A DNA stretch of 64,000 bases, taken from NCBI GenBank assembly GCA_963767735.1, contig CAVYES010000010.1:15581-79580 (forward strand), given 5' to 3'. This DNA comes from Candidatus Bathyarchaeota archaeon (GTDB lineage Archaea > Thermoproteota > Bathyarchaeia > Bathyarchaeales > Bathycorpusculaceae). The notes beneath the pieces are model-generated. The model was not told the origin of the DNA. It ran no database searches and saw only the letters and a list, made by a program, of their open reading frames with translations. Of the stretch, positions 8,900-20,977 are shown in pieces. How positions within the stretch are numbered: position 1 is the first letter of the stretch; each line of letters starts with the position of its first letter. The translations under genes were made by a program, and so were the position numbers.

Positions 8900-9790
8900 T
8901 CATTTACCGCTAATAAGCCCATTTAAACGCTCAATCTGTCGAGCAATGGCGCTAAAATCCAATTTGCCATCACCATCTGCAACCGCCTTAGAAAATTGAT
9001 CAAAGACCAGCTGTGAAACAGGGAGAACAGCCTTTGCTTTTTCAGCTTGCCCTTTTGCGAATCGCAGATCTTTAAACAAATTATCCATCGAGAAAGAGGT
9101 CGCAAAATCGCCAACTGCAATCTTTGGCCCCTTCACTTCGCTGACGAAGTTTCTATGTGCCGTTTTGTTTATGACATTAACGAAATCGGCAGGTCCGAAC
9201 CCAAGCATCCTTGAAAACACATATGCTTCAGAAAAGGTTTCGGCAATAAGTCCCAAGTAGAGGTTCACGGCAAGTTTCATCTTTAGACCTGCGCCGACCG
9301 AGCCAATGTAAAGAACTGGGTTTCCGAGTTGTTGGAGAAATGCCTCGTTTTTCTCGAAAAGTCCCTTGTCTCCGCCAACCAGAAGTATCACTTTTCCTTG
9401 CCTTTCCATATCAGGGTTACCAACGATTGGGACTTCCAGCCGGTTTTTACCAAGACGTTTTGATTGTTCCGCGAACTCGAACGAAGCGTCAGGCTCAATC
9501 GTACTCATCTCTAACCAAACGGCATCCTTCTTTAGAGCTTGAAGAAATCCTTGGTCCCCTGAAGTAACCTGTTGAACTGCATTCTCGTCTGTTAGGGATG
9601 TTATTAAAACGTCAACTGCAGAAGCGAGCTCGCTTGGGGTTTGATTTACAATTGCTCCTTTCTGCTCGAAAGGTCTAGCCTTCTCTATGGTTCGGTTATA
9701 GACGTGAACTTCATTTCCCTGAGAAAGAAGATTTGTTGCTATAGCTGATCCCATAAGTCCGAGACCTGCTACGCCCACCTTGGTTTTCAT
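8900..9790 (-). CDS. beta-hydroxyacid dehydrogenase family NAD(P)-dependent oxidoreductase (GarR/MmsB-like)
   Basis: GLGLMGS Rossmann motif, YNRT, EMSTI, catalytic K in MKLAVN, KDL. Confidence 0.88.
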   Translation of the reverse strand: MKTKVGVAGLGLMGSAIATNLLSQGNEVHVYNRTIEKARPFEQKGAIVNQTPSELASAVDVLITSLTDENAVQQVTSGDQGFLQALKKDAVWLEMSTIEPDASFEFAEQSKRLGKNRLEVPIVGNPDMERQGKVILLVGGDKGLFEKNEAFLQQLGNPVLYIGSVGAGLKMKLAVNLYLGLIAETFSEAYVFSRMLGFGPADFVNVINKTAHRNFVSEVKGPKIAVGDFATSFSMDNLFKDLRFAKGQAEKAKAVLPVSQLVFDQFSKAVADGDGKLDFSAIARQIERLNGLISGK

Positions 9791-9850
9791 CTTCCCAAAT
9801 CCTTCAAAAACTTATTTGTCTTAATATGGAGTAACGAATTAAGTGCACGG

Positions 9851-9882
9851 ATTAAAGCCTGTGTGATTGTGAACAAACAACA
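9851..9882 (-). promoter_or_regulatory. shared operator/BRE/TATA motif, copy 3
   Basis: Minus strand TGTTGT-TTGTTC-ACAAT-CACACAG-GCTTTAAT, 61 bp upstream of the three-gene operon. Confidence 0.55.
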
Positions 9883-10069
9883 TCATAGTCGGAAATTGGA
9901 ACAGTAAATTAGGCGTTAAGTTAGATTGCTTGCTTTGCTTGCTAATTATCGTTCTTTCCAATTAATAAGGAAGAATTTGCCCAAATTTTTAAAATAGCTA
10001 CATTTTTTACGAAGATTTTTAATTATTAATAACGGAGAATTTTCCTGATTTTGGTAAGCGTGATAATTA

Positions 10070-11317
10070 ATGACTGAAGGACAGAGCTGCTCTGACCATC
10101 TTGACCTGCGTATGACTGAGTGTTACTATCCCGTAAAGCCTCGTCTTTCTCGGCGAGCCACCTATGTGTTGCTCGCATCTATTTTCGCTTACGGGACGCT
10201 TGGAACGACACTGCCGACTCCGCTTTATGTGCTCTATCAACAGAAATATCAGTTAACGCCACTTCTGATCACAATAATTTTCACAGTTTACGCGATAGGG
10301 GTTCTTTTAGCACTGGTTTTCTTCGGCCGCGTTTCCGACCACTACGGACGCCGACCAATCATGATAAGCGCCATAATTCTGGCAACCACAAGTACGCTCC
10401 TCTTCATATTTGCCCAAAGCGTCCCCGTTTTGCTGACGGCACGATTTATCTCAGGACTTGGATCAGGCCTGCTTACTGGAGCCGCAACAGCAGCGCTCGC
10501 TGAACTCGAACCGAAGGGTTCACCTCAAAGAGCTGCTCGTGTAGCGACAGCTGCCAACATGGGCGGTTTGGGACTTGGTCCTCTTGTTTCTGGACTTTTC
10601 GCTCAGCTTGCACCCGATCCGACACAACTCGTTTTTATCGTCTACCTGCTCTTTTTGTTTCTCTGTATGGGTCTTGTGGGTTTTCTACCAGAGACCGTTA
10701 GATCGCCTGACCATGTTTTTGACATAAGGCCACGTCTGGGCGTGGCGCCGTCAACAAGGAGGATTTTTGTTCAAGCAGCCATCACAGTATTTTCCGTTTT
10801 TACGATATTGGGTCTCTTTAGTGCTTTGGCTCCTTCTTTTCTTAGAATAACACTTAAAGTACCCAACCTTATCGTCGCTGGGGCAGTGGTGTTCCTACTC
10901 TTTGGCATTGCTACGTTTGCCCAAATCGGCATGCATGGACTTAGTAGCCGAACCGCCCGGCTATATGGGTTAGTGACGCTCATTATAGCTCTTGGTCTTA
11001 TACAGCTTGGATTGAGCCTCCCAAACTTCACATTCTTCATTGCTGGAACAGTTATCGGAGGTTTAGGCGTTGGATTGGCGTTCATGGGCAGCTTAGCCGC
11101 GATCAATCAAGTCGCGCCGCCAAACCATCGGGGCGCAATGGTCTCTGCCTTCTTTGTGGCGGCCTATATAGGTCTAAGTATTCCTGTGGTTGGCGTAGGA
11201 TTCCTCGTGGATGCCACGAACTTCGTTGTAGGAACGCTCATTTTGGCAGCAGTGATCTCCGTTCTCCTTCTAGTCACGATAGTGGTTTTGTTCTTGCCGG
11301 ACAGAAAACAAGCGTGA
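10070..11317 (+). CDS. MFS transporter
   Basis: About 12 TM helices; motif A GRVSDHYGRRP; PTPLY motif. Confidence 0.9.
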   Translation: MTEGQSCSDHLDLRMTECYYPVKPRLSRRATYVLLASIFAYGTLGTTLPTPLYVLYQQKYQLTPLLITIIFTVYAIGVLLALVFFGRVSDHYGRRPIMISAIILATTSTLLFIFAQSVPVLLTARFISGLGSGLLTGAATAALAELEPKGSPQRAARVATAANMGGLGLGPLVSGLFAQLAPDPTQLVFIVYLLFLFLCMGLVGFLPETVRSPDHVFDIRPRLGVAPSTRRIFVQAAITVFSVFTILGLFSALAPSFLRITLKVPNLIVAGAVVFLLFGIATFAQIGMHGLSSRTARLYGLVTLIIALGLIQLGLSLPNFTFFIAGTVIGGLGVGLAFMGSLAAINQVAPPNHRGAMVSAFFVAAYIGLSIPVVGVGFLVDATNFVVGTLILAAVISVLLLVTIVVLFLPDRKQA

Positions 11318-11607
11318 AGGATGTTGTCCTAATGACAGCGAAATGCAACTGTGAAAAAAGGTTTTATTGATAATGCGTTAAATTGAGCCGTTTTTCCGTT
11401 CGGAAAGCTGATGGATTACCAGATAGACAAATATTTAGACAAAGCGAATTTAAAGGGGGAAATATCTATTGTTTTTGGTGAGTTGGATTGAAAAAACGTT
11501 GTTCTACCGAAAAAGAAAAAAGTGGTTTTAGTTTGTTCGGGAGAATGGTTTATAAAGAAATAAGTCCAACACCAACAAGGAAATAGACTTTTGTGGTAGG
11601 GTTCTGA

Positions 11608-12039
11608 ATGGTTGGAAAATTGTCTAAAGCTGACGTTGCATTTATGGAGAAGCTGCCCGTATGCAGAATGGCAACAGCAACTGAAGAGTGTGAACCTGTA
11701 GTGAGGCCTGTTTGGCCCGTTTTTGACGGGGTAAATATTTTTATAGCCAGTGATCCTGACACGCCCAAGCTGGAACACATAGAGGCAAATCCTCAGGTGT
11801 CATTGGTCTTTGATGATTACGACAGAAACAACTGGTCAAACATTAAAGGCATCCGCGTGCAGGGAGAAGCAATTATCCTTTGGAAAGGCAAAGAATACCG
11901 TTACGCACATGATCTTCTCAAAGAAAAGTATCCCGAGTATCAAAGTGAGGAAGGCAGCTGGAAAGAAGGCGACGTCCCAATAATCAAGATTTTGCCCATA
12001 TCTTTCACGAAATGGACACAAGGCGAATGGAAAAAGTGA
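11608..12039 (+). CDS. pyridoxamine 5'-phosphate oxidase-like (PPOX/FDOR) family protein
   Basis: RMAT...PVVRPVW...KLEHIEANPQVSL...VQGEA split-barrel pattern. Confidence 0.8.
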   Translation: MVGKLSKADVAFMEKLPVCRMATATEECEPVVRPVWPVFDGVNIFIASDPDTPKLEHIEANPQVSLVFDDYDRNNWSNIKGIRVQGEAIILWKGKEYRYAHDLLKEKYPEYQSEEGSWKEGDVPIIKILPISFTKWTQGEWKK

Positions 12040-12567
12040 ACTACTCGCCTCTTCCGAGGCGAGCATCCACATCTAATTTTTGTTGATATATTCCTCTATT
12101 TTCGCACTAGTAACAACGCCTGCAGTTCTTACAGCATAGCCCTCAGACCACAAATGCCCACCCCAAAGCTGCAACCTAATCTCAGGAAACTCCTCAAACA
12201 GCAGTTTAGCAGAATTACACTTCAAGACACGCACCATCTCAGGTATACATAGCTTTGGCCGAGCTGAAACAAACACGTGAATATGGTCGCCATGATGAAC
12301 TTTGGCAGCCATCAGTTGGAAGCCGTGTGTAGTAGCAATCGTTTTAAGTACTTCCTCCAATCTAACCTCAACTGAGCCTAGAAGTACCTTGCGCCGGTAT
12401 TTGGTGGCCCAGATAAGGTGGTAGTTAGCTTGGTAAGCACACGATCTTGCTTTCTCCAAGTCTATCACCCCCCCTTATCCAATGGTGACAGACCTATCGG
12501 CTTGAACGGCTAATAGAACTGCGGGTTGGACGCATTCATCCTGCCGCTAACGCGGCAGGTATTCTGC
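12036..12567. mobile_element. IS200/IS605-family element carrying tnpA only
   Basis: Subterminal hairpins CTCGCCTC-TTCC-GAGGCGAG (12044-12063) and CCTGCCGC-TAAC-GCGGCAGG (12540-12559) bracket tnpA; exact ends approximate. Confidence 0.75.
12073..12468 (-). CDS. tnpA: IS200/IS605 Y1 transposase
   Basis: YHLIWATKYRR, HUH motif (DHIH), LWSEGY, catalytic Y in IEEYI. Confidence 0.93.
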   Translation of the reverse strand: MIDLEKARSCAYQANYHLIWATKYRRKVLLGSVEVRLEEVLKTIATTHGFQLMAAKVHHGDHIHVFVSARPKLCIPEMVRVLKCNSAKLLFEEFPEIRLQLWGGHLWSEGYAVRTAGVVTSAKIEEYINKN

Positions 12568-12643
12568 TAAGTTTTTTATAAATCTCTCTCACAAATAGTT
12601 GCTTTTCGTCAGGGTATTATATCAAGTTTTTTAAAGCTAAAGT

Positions 12644-13454
12644 TTGTTAACAGTTGATATGCAAAATATCGATCCACTTTTTATTCTGCAACCTGTTTTC
12701 GTAATCGTTATTTGTTCTGCACTTTTGGTTTTTTGGTATGTTAAGCGACGTTTTCATCTGATGGTGCTTGTTTATTCTCTGGTTGCTTACGCCGTGGCCA
12801 TCGCGCTTAAAGAGGCAGTGCAAATTCCAACTATCAATGAGGTAACTAATTATTTTGGCTCCCAAAGCGCTGGGTTAGGCGTCTATTTTGGGCTTCAAAC
12901 CGTTTTCTTCGAGGTAGGTCTCGCTTACGTTGTTGCGTGGTATGTGGTTTCACATGGGATGCTGGAAAGAAAAGACGCTGAAGCTTACGGGGCAGGATTA
13001 GCTTTCTGGGAAAACGCCGCCTTGCTGGGCATCCTCTCGCTAATTAGCCTGGTCGCCTACTACAGCATTCTCTCAACAAACACACCACTTGCGCAAACAG
13101 TCTACGACCAACTAAACAAAAATGCACCAGGCCTCTTCGCACCAGCATCACAAGCACTTGTTTCAGTTGCTTATGGCACTCTTGAACGTGTTTCTTCGAT
13201 TTTAATTCATTCCGCCTGGGGCTACCTCTGCTTTGCGGCTGCCTACTTGCACAAAAAACGGCTATTCCTAATTGCCTTGCCCATGGGATTTTGTTGATTT
13301 CCTGGTTCCGTTTGCTCAAAACTTGGGACTTCCGCTTTTTGAAGCAATAGTTTTCGCGTTATCCGCCCTCTCGGTGTTAGTGGCGTGGTATGTAACCAGA
13401 CAATTCAGAGTCAGAGCGGAAAACGAAACAGACAAGCCTAAAGTTAATGCTTGA
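12644..13454 (+). CDS. YhfC-like intramembrane metalloprotease, split by one extra T near 13290
   Basis: FFEVG, YGAGLAFWEN, ER...IH motifs; reading continues GF-VDFL in the next frame at a T run. Confidence 0.65.
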
Positions 13455-13522
13455 AAGGGCTGTTTTAAGCTTGCGAAAAGCTTATCCCTAAAACGCCGCA
13501 AATACCATTTGAGAGGGTTAGC

Positions 13523-14344
13523 ATGTCGCTGGAATCAGGCAAAAAACTAGGAACAACTGCCAGTTTAATAGCCGTTATCTTGCCAGTTATCGGGGTATTG
13601 GTGTATGTTTTTCTGTTTGTCTCGTCGGTATTTGCTTCGATTTCACCTGGAGCGAATTCTGCTGCTTCCCCAGCTTTCGTAATAATTCTGTTTGGGGTAA
13701 TTGGAGTCATTGCCTTCGTAGGTTTTATCCTATTTGTGGTAGCAATGCATCGATTATCTCAGTATTATAATGAGCCAAGCATCTTCAAGAACACTCTATA
13801 CGGATTCATCGTAAATATTGTTGGCGCAATAACTGCACTGATATTCTATATTGCTCTCACAACTTCCGTAACGCACAGTGTTCCTCAAGGCACCACTCAA
13901 GCAGCCGTTTTCACGCCCCTTCCAACCGTACCGCCTATACTGAACTCACTCGGACTAATTATCTCATTGATCTTAGCCTTAATTGGAATTGCCGTTATAA
14001 TTGGAGTTGTCAGCGCAGTGTTTTACATGCGGGCTTTCAACAAACTTGGCGAAAAATCGGGAGTAGATAATTTCAAGACCACAGGGTTGCTCTACCTACT
14101 TGGGGTAGTGCTATCCATTGTTGGAGTAGGAGTGTTGTTAATGTGGATAGCGTGGATTCTTGCCCTAATAGGCTTCCATTCACTAAAACCAAAAATACCC
14201 GAAGCCTCAACCTTTGCATATCCTACCTTAACTCCTTCATCAACAATGCCTGACGTCTCGCAAAAGAGGTATTGCCCCTACTGTGGAGCAGAAAATATTC
14301 CTGGCTCACTTTATTGCCGGTCCTGCGGCAAGCAACTACAATGA
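13523..14344 (+). CDS. DUF996-like membrane protein with C-terminal zinc ribbon
   Basis: Multiple TM helices, LSQYYNEPSIF, C-terminal CPYCG...CRSCG. Confidence 0.7.
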   Translation: MSLESGKKLGTTASLIAVILPVIGVLVYVFLFVSSVFASISPGANSAASPAFVIILFGVIGVIAFVGFILFVVAMHRLSQYYNEPSIFKNTLYGFIVNIVGAITALIFYIALTTSVTHSVPQGTTQAAVFTPLPTVPPILNSLGLIISLILALIGIAVIIGVVSAVFYMRAFNKLGEKSGVDNFKTTGLLYLLGVVLSIVGVGVLLMWIAWILALIGFHSLKPKIPEASTFAYPTLTPSSTMPDVSQKRYCPYCGAENIPGSLYCRSCGKQLQ

Positions 14345-14470
14345 AGCAAGACATAATCAGAAAAGCAAGTTCATTTGCTTTTTAAGACAGATTTTTCTCT
14401 GAATTTGGTTTTGATAAAAAATCTTATATCTAAGTGATTGTTCCTTTGTGAGTAGAAGTTGTGATTATTT

Positions 14471-15451
14471 ATGGCTGTTAAAACAACCCCTGACTATATT
14501 GACTTATTAAACAGAGCGGTGGAACGTGAAATCCAAGTTTCACTCCAGTATATGCTTCAACATGCAAAAATGGAAAAGCTCGTGCGCAAAACCATCCCTG
14601 AAAACATCCTTCTCGACAAAACCACCTATGATGCAGTGGGAAAGTTTCTAAGAGAAATCGCCATCCAAGAAATGAAACATGCTGCAAGCATTATTGAACG
14701 CATTTACTATCTTGGTGGGCAAGCAACAACTAAATCAGGCAAAGTTACTATTGGCGAAAGCATAAGCGAATTTGCCAAATTAGGCGTCAAAGCTGAAGAA
14801 GAAGCCTTAAGTCTTTACCGCCAAATTATCGAGACCGCCGGGAAAATGGGCGATTGGGAAACACGCGAGCTCTTCGAAAAAATATACGGTGAAGAAGAAG
14901 GACACCTCTTCAAATTCCAAGAATACACAAAGTTCCATGACGAGAAAGATGAGCCGAGCAAAGTGCCAATTGATGAATGGCGCAAAATATATACGGATGA
15001 TTACTTCGCGCTCTTAAACAAGGCTGTCGCGGGAGAAATTACAGGAATCATCCAATACACAAATCAGCATGAGAAAATGGCGTTCATGGAACTCCGAATG
15101 AAAAATACACCATTAGAAACTGTCACTGAAACCAACTACGCCGCGGTTGCAAGCAAAATACTCAAAGGAGTCTTCATGCAAGAAATGGATCATCTAGAAA
15201 AAATCAGTGAACGCATTTACTTACTTGAAGGCGAAGCAACATACAAGCCAGATCCACTGCCAGTTATCGGCGAAACACCTTTGGATTTCATGAAATTGGA
15301 TCACGCATTAGAAAGCATCACAATATCGCTATATCGACAAATCGTCGCTGAAGCACTCAAACGCGGCGATACAACAACAAGACGCCTGTTCGAAGACATA
15401 ATTCTTCAAGAAGAAGATCACTACTGGACATTCGACGATTTCGTAAAATAA
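14471..15451 (+). CDS. tandem ferritin-like (bacterioferritin-type) di-iron protein
   Basis: Two repeats with E..QY..Q H / ExxH / ERI..L / EExH ligand patterns. Confidence 0.82.
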   Translation: MAVKTTPDYIDLLNRAVEREIQVSLQYMLQHAKMEKLVRKTIPENILLDKTTYDAVGKFLREIAIQEMKHAASIIERIYYLGGQATTKSGKVTIGESISEFAKLGVKAEEEALSLYRQIIETAGKMGDWETRELFEKIYGEEEGHLFKFQEYTKFHDEKDEPSKVPIDEWRKIYTDDYFALLNKAVAGEITGIIQYTNQHEKMAFMELRMKNTPLETVTETNYAAVASKILKGVFMQEMDHLEKISERIYLLEGEATYKPDPLPVIGETPLDFMKLDHALESITISLYRQIVAEALKRGDTTTRRLFEDIILQEEDHYWTFDDFVK

Positions 15452-15501
15452 AACAAAATTCCTCTCTTTTCTTTTGGATCGAAATTTCAAGGCAGTTTTT
15501 T

Positions 15502-16932
15502 CAGTAGATGGAAAAGTAGTTTATGATTCTGATGCTTCATTCACATCGTAATCATAACAATTCCTCGATCGGAGCGTTCTAAGCAAGCTTTTTCATTGAA
15601 CAGTTTTATATCCTGAAGGCTTGAATAGTTGAGAAAGTGGCGGAGTTTAGGGTCTGATCTACGCGATCGAGTCCCTCGAACTGCATCTGAGAATGCTTAC
15701 CGTCGAGGTGGCCCTAACCCGCCAATAACAAAGCCTTCAAAATGCACAGCCAACCGCGTCAACGTCAAAACTGGCCTATCAAACGCCTTCTTCAAAGCCC
15801 TGCAGAGCAGAAAGTTAGCGTAATGCCAAACATTGTAGAGCAGCACAGAAGCCATCTGGTAGAGCAGCCTAAGCTTGTAGTTGGTGCTTGTAGTTTTAGC
15901 CTGAGCATTATCCTGCACACGATAACCAGTCTCAATACCCCACCTCCGCCTGTACTCAGAAGGAATAGACGACGGCAACGCAAGAGCCAAAGACCTTGGA
16001 AGATTCGTTGCAAAACCAAAATAGAGATCACAAACAGTAAGCTTCTTCTTTTTCGGCAACTGCCCTGCTGGTCGTTTATAGATGTAGAGAGTGAAGCTGA
16101 CGCTTTTTCTTTTATTGCCCAAAGTGAAACGTTTGGCTCGCTGCTTCTGGTCATAGTTCATCATTGCTTCTTTGACTGTGCCATTCTTAACCGCTGGAAT
16201 GATGAAATAGACGCCTAAACTCTTGAGCATAGTAATGACGTCTACTGTGAAGAATGCGCGGTCAAGCAGCACTATACTGATGTGTACCCCTCTTGCCTTT
16301 GCTTCAAAGAGTAGTTTCTCTACAACCTGTGCTTTCTCGCTGAACTGGTTTACGGTAATAGAGTAGATTGCTAATCGTCTTCCGGCTTCAACAATATCCA
16401 TGCTGGCATACGTGTAGCCCCAATTTGTTCCTCTCTCCTGTTTGCCGCCTATCACATTCTTAGCGTCTGGGTTTCCGTAGAACGGTTGCCTGGTATAATC
16501 AATTGCAACCACTGCTTTGCGTCTGAAGATGCTATAGCATCGTAGGATGAGTAGAACCTGATCGTTTGCTTCTATAAGTGAGTCTCGAATCTGCTTCTCA
16601 GCTAAACGCTCTATTCTTCCTCTGAAGGTTCTTCCCGTGGGAACCTTGTTTGGCATAGCGCATTTTTCTGAGAGGTCTAATAAGCCGCCTTCAGCGTAGC
16701 TTTGGGAGAGCGAGAGTTGGATTAGACATTGGTTGATATGACTGCTGGTGTAGAGGCTGTTTTTGGCTGCTGGAAACTGCAGGTAGTTGTTGAGCAGGTT
16801 GGCTGTGAACTTGAAGACTTTGCTTGAAACTTTTCGTTCTTTTGATTTACGCTTTATCGTCTGAGCGCAAGATCTCAATTGTTTGCACTAAAATACTAAT
16901 ATCAAACCCTTAAGCTACTTTTCCATCTACTG
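15502..16932 (-). mobile_element. ISH3-family insertion sequence, intact
   Basis: Perfect 18-bp TIRs CAGTAGATGGAAAAGTAG (15502-15519 and 16915-16932), T-run target duplication on both flanks. Confidence 0.92.
15697..16878 (-). CDS. ISH3-family DDE transposase
   Basis: AID, LLDRAF, YRRRWGIETGYR motifs. Confidence 0.92.
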   Translation of the reverse strand: MRSCAQTIKRKSKERKVSSKVFKFTANLLNNYLQFPAAKNSLYTSSHINQCLIQLSLSQSYAEGGLLDLSEKCAMPNKVPTGRTFRGRIERLAEKQIRDSLIEANDQVLLILRCYSIFRRKAVVAIDYTRQPFYGNPDAKNVIGGKQERGTNWGYTYASMDIVEAGRRLAIYSITVNQFSEKAQVVEKLLFEAKARGVHISIVLLDRAFFTVDVITMLKSLGVYFIIPAVKNGTVKEAMMNYDQKQRAKRFTLGNKRKSVSFTLYIYKRPAGQLPKKKKLTVCDLYFGFATNLPRSLALALPSSIPSEYRRRWGIETGYRVQDNAQAKTTSTNYKLRLLYQMASVLLYNVWHYANFLLCRALKKAFDRPVLTLTRLAVHFEGFVIGGLGPPRR

Positions 16933-16992
16933 TTTTTTCCGAAACCTTAATTTCAATGATTAAGCAACAGTAGATGTGGCAGAGGCGAAGTA

Positions 16993-17130
16993 ATGCCAGA
17001 AAAAAATAAGCCTCGTTGTATGAACTGCGGAAATTTTATCGACGATTGTATTTGCGTTTGCCCGTACTGCGGAGAAACCGTTAAATGTACTTGCTGTATA
17101 GGCACCGATAAAGCATCAGGCGGCGGCTAA
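16993..17130 (+). CDS. 45-aa cysteine-rich microprotein (not in ORF track)
   Basis: MPEKNKPRCMNCGNFIDDCICVCPYCGETVKCTCCIGTDKASGGG; GAGG RBS-like sequence upstream; stop 37 bp before OFOR start. Confidence 0.7.
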   Translation: MPEKNKPRCMNCGNFIDDCICVCPYCGETVKCTCCIGTDKASGGG

Positions 17131-17167
17131 ACCGTCCTTTAGATAAAATTATGATAGGTAAAGCAAA

Positions 17168-20051
<2,884 letters not shown>

Positions 20052-20452
20052 AAAAACAGATACTTCATAAAAGAGGCGTAAGAAGCCTCTCCTTTCTCCT
20101 CGAACCTTCTCCTCAAACAACCATTGGTCAAAACTGCTTATAAATCGCTATTTCCACAATCGATATATATCCAACTAAAAATGCTTTACTAAGGTTTTCT
20201 TTCTGCCTCTTCGGAACATTAGCATTTGGCACCAATATTTTTGCACCTTATTTTTTGAAGTCAGCCATGCTAGACTCGAAATAATTTAATTATTTTGCGC
20301 AAGCTTTAATCCAACTAGTATTTACGCTAAAATGGGTTTTTTTGGGGAAAAAAGGCTTTTCTGGATTATTTTATTTTATCTTTTTTGTTTATTTTTTATG
20401 GGAACTATTGTTGTCTTAATAGGCTATATTTCCAAATTAATGTTAAATCAAC

Positions 20453-20508
20453 TTATATATGCGCTAAATATAGTGTATTCGATAAGTTGTTGACACTACA
20501 GATATAAC
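20453..20508 (+). promoter_or_regulatory. TATA box followed by tandem NrdR boxes
   Basis: TTATATAT (20453-20460), box 1 GCGCTAAATATAGTGT (20461-20476), weaker box 2 ACACTACAGATATAAC (20493-20508); 32 bp start-to-start. Confidence 0.7.
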
Positions 20509-20530
20509 AAAGCATGAGTATGTTAAACCT

Positions 20531-20977
20531 ATGAGATGTCCATACTGCAACTCTGAAAACTCCAAAACCTTGGAAACGCGCGATTCGCCAGAGAATACTA
20601 CGCGCAGGCGCAGAGAATGCATCAGTTGCGGAAAACGCTTCACGACCTACGAGTACGTGGAAACCGTAGAGCTTATGGTGAGAAAAAAAGACGGCAGGCT
20701 TGAACGCTTCGACGTTAACAAGATAATCCGTGGCTTGCAGAAAGCATGCGAGAAAAGGCCTGTAACCATGAGCCAAATCAACGAGTTAGCAGGACAAGTA
20801 AGGCAGGACGTTATGCTTAAAGACACTGAAGAAGTCTCATCCCAAGAAATCGGAGATTTAATCATGAAGCACCTAAAAAACGTCGACCGCATAGCATACA
20901 TTCGGTTTGCTTCAGTTTACAAGAAGTTTGAAGAGCCTGAAGACTTCAGGCGGTTACTCCTTGAGGTGAAAAAATGA
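20531..20977 (+). CDS. nrdR: transcriptional repressor NrdR
   Basis: MRCPYC...RRRRECxxCxxRFTTYE zinc ribbon, ATP cone, AYIRFASVY. Confidence 0.95.
   Translation: MRCPYCNSENSKTLETRDSPENTTRRRRECISCGKRFTTYEYVETVELMVRKKDGRLERFDVNKIIRGLQKACEKRPVTMSQINELAGQVRQDVMLKDTEEVSSQEIGDLIMKHLKNVDRIAYIRFASVYKKFEEPEDFRRLLLEVKK

Noticed and set aside
13272-13297. YhfC-like split (and the radical SAM split at ~29790) as regulatory frameshifts
   Set aside because: Each is one extra base in a short run, the same error signature as elsewhere.
20060-20450. AT-rich 400-bp intergenic region as a replication origin
   Set aside because: No ORB-like repeats and no orc1/cdc6 nearby.
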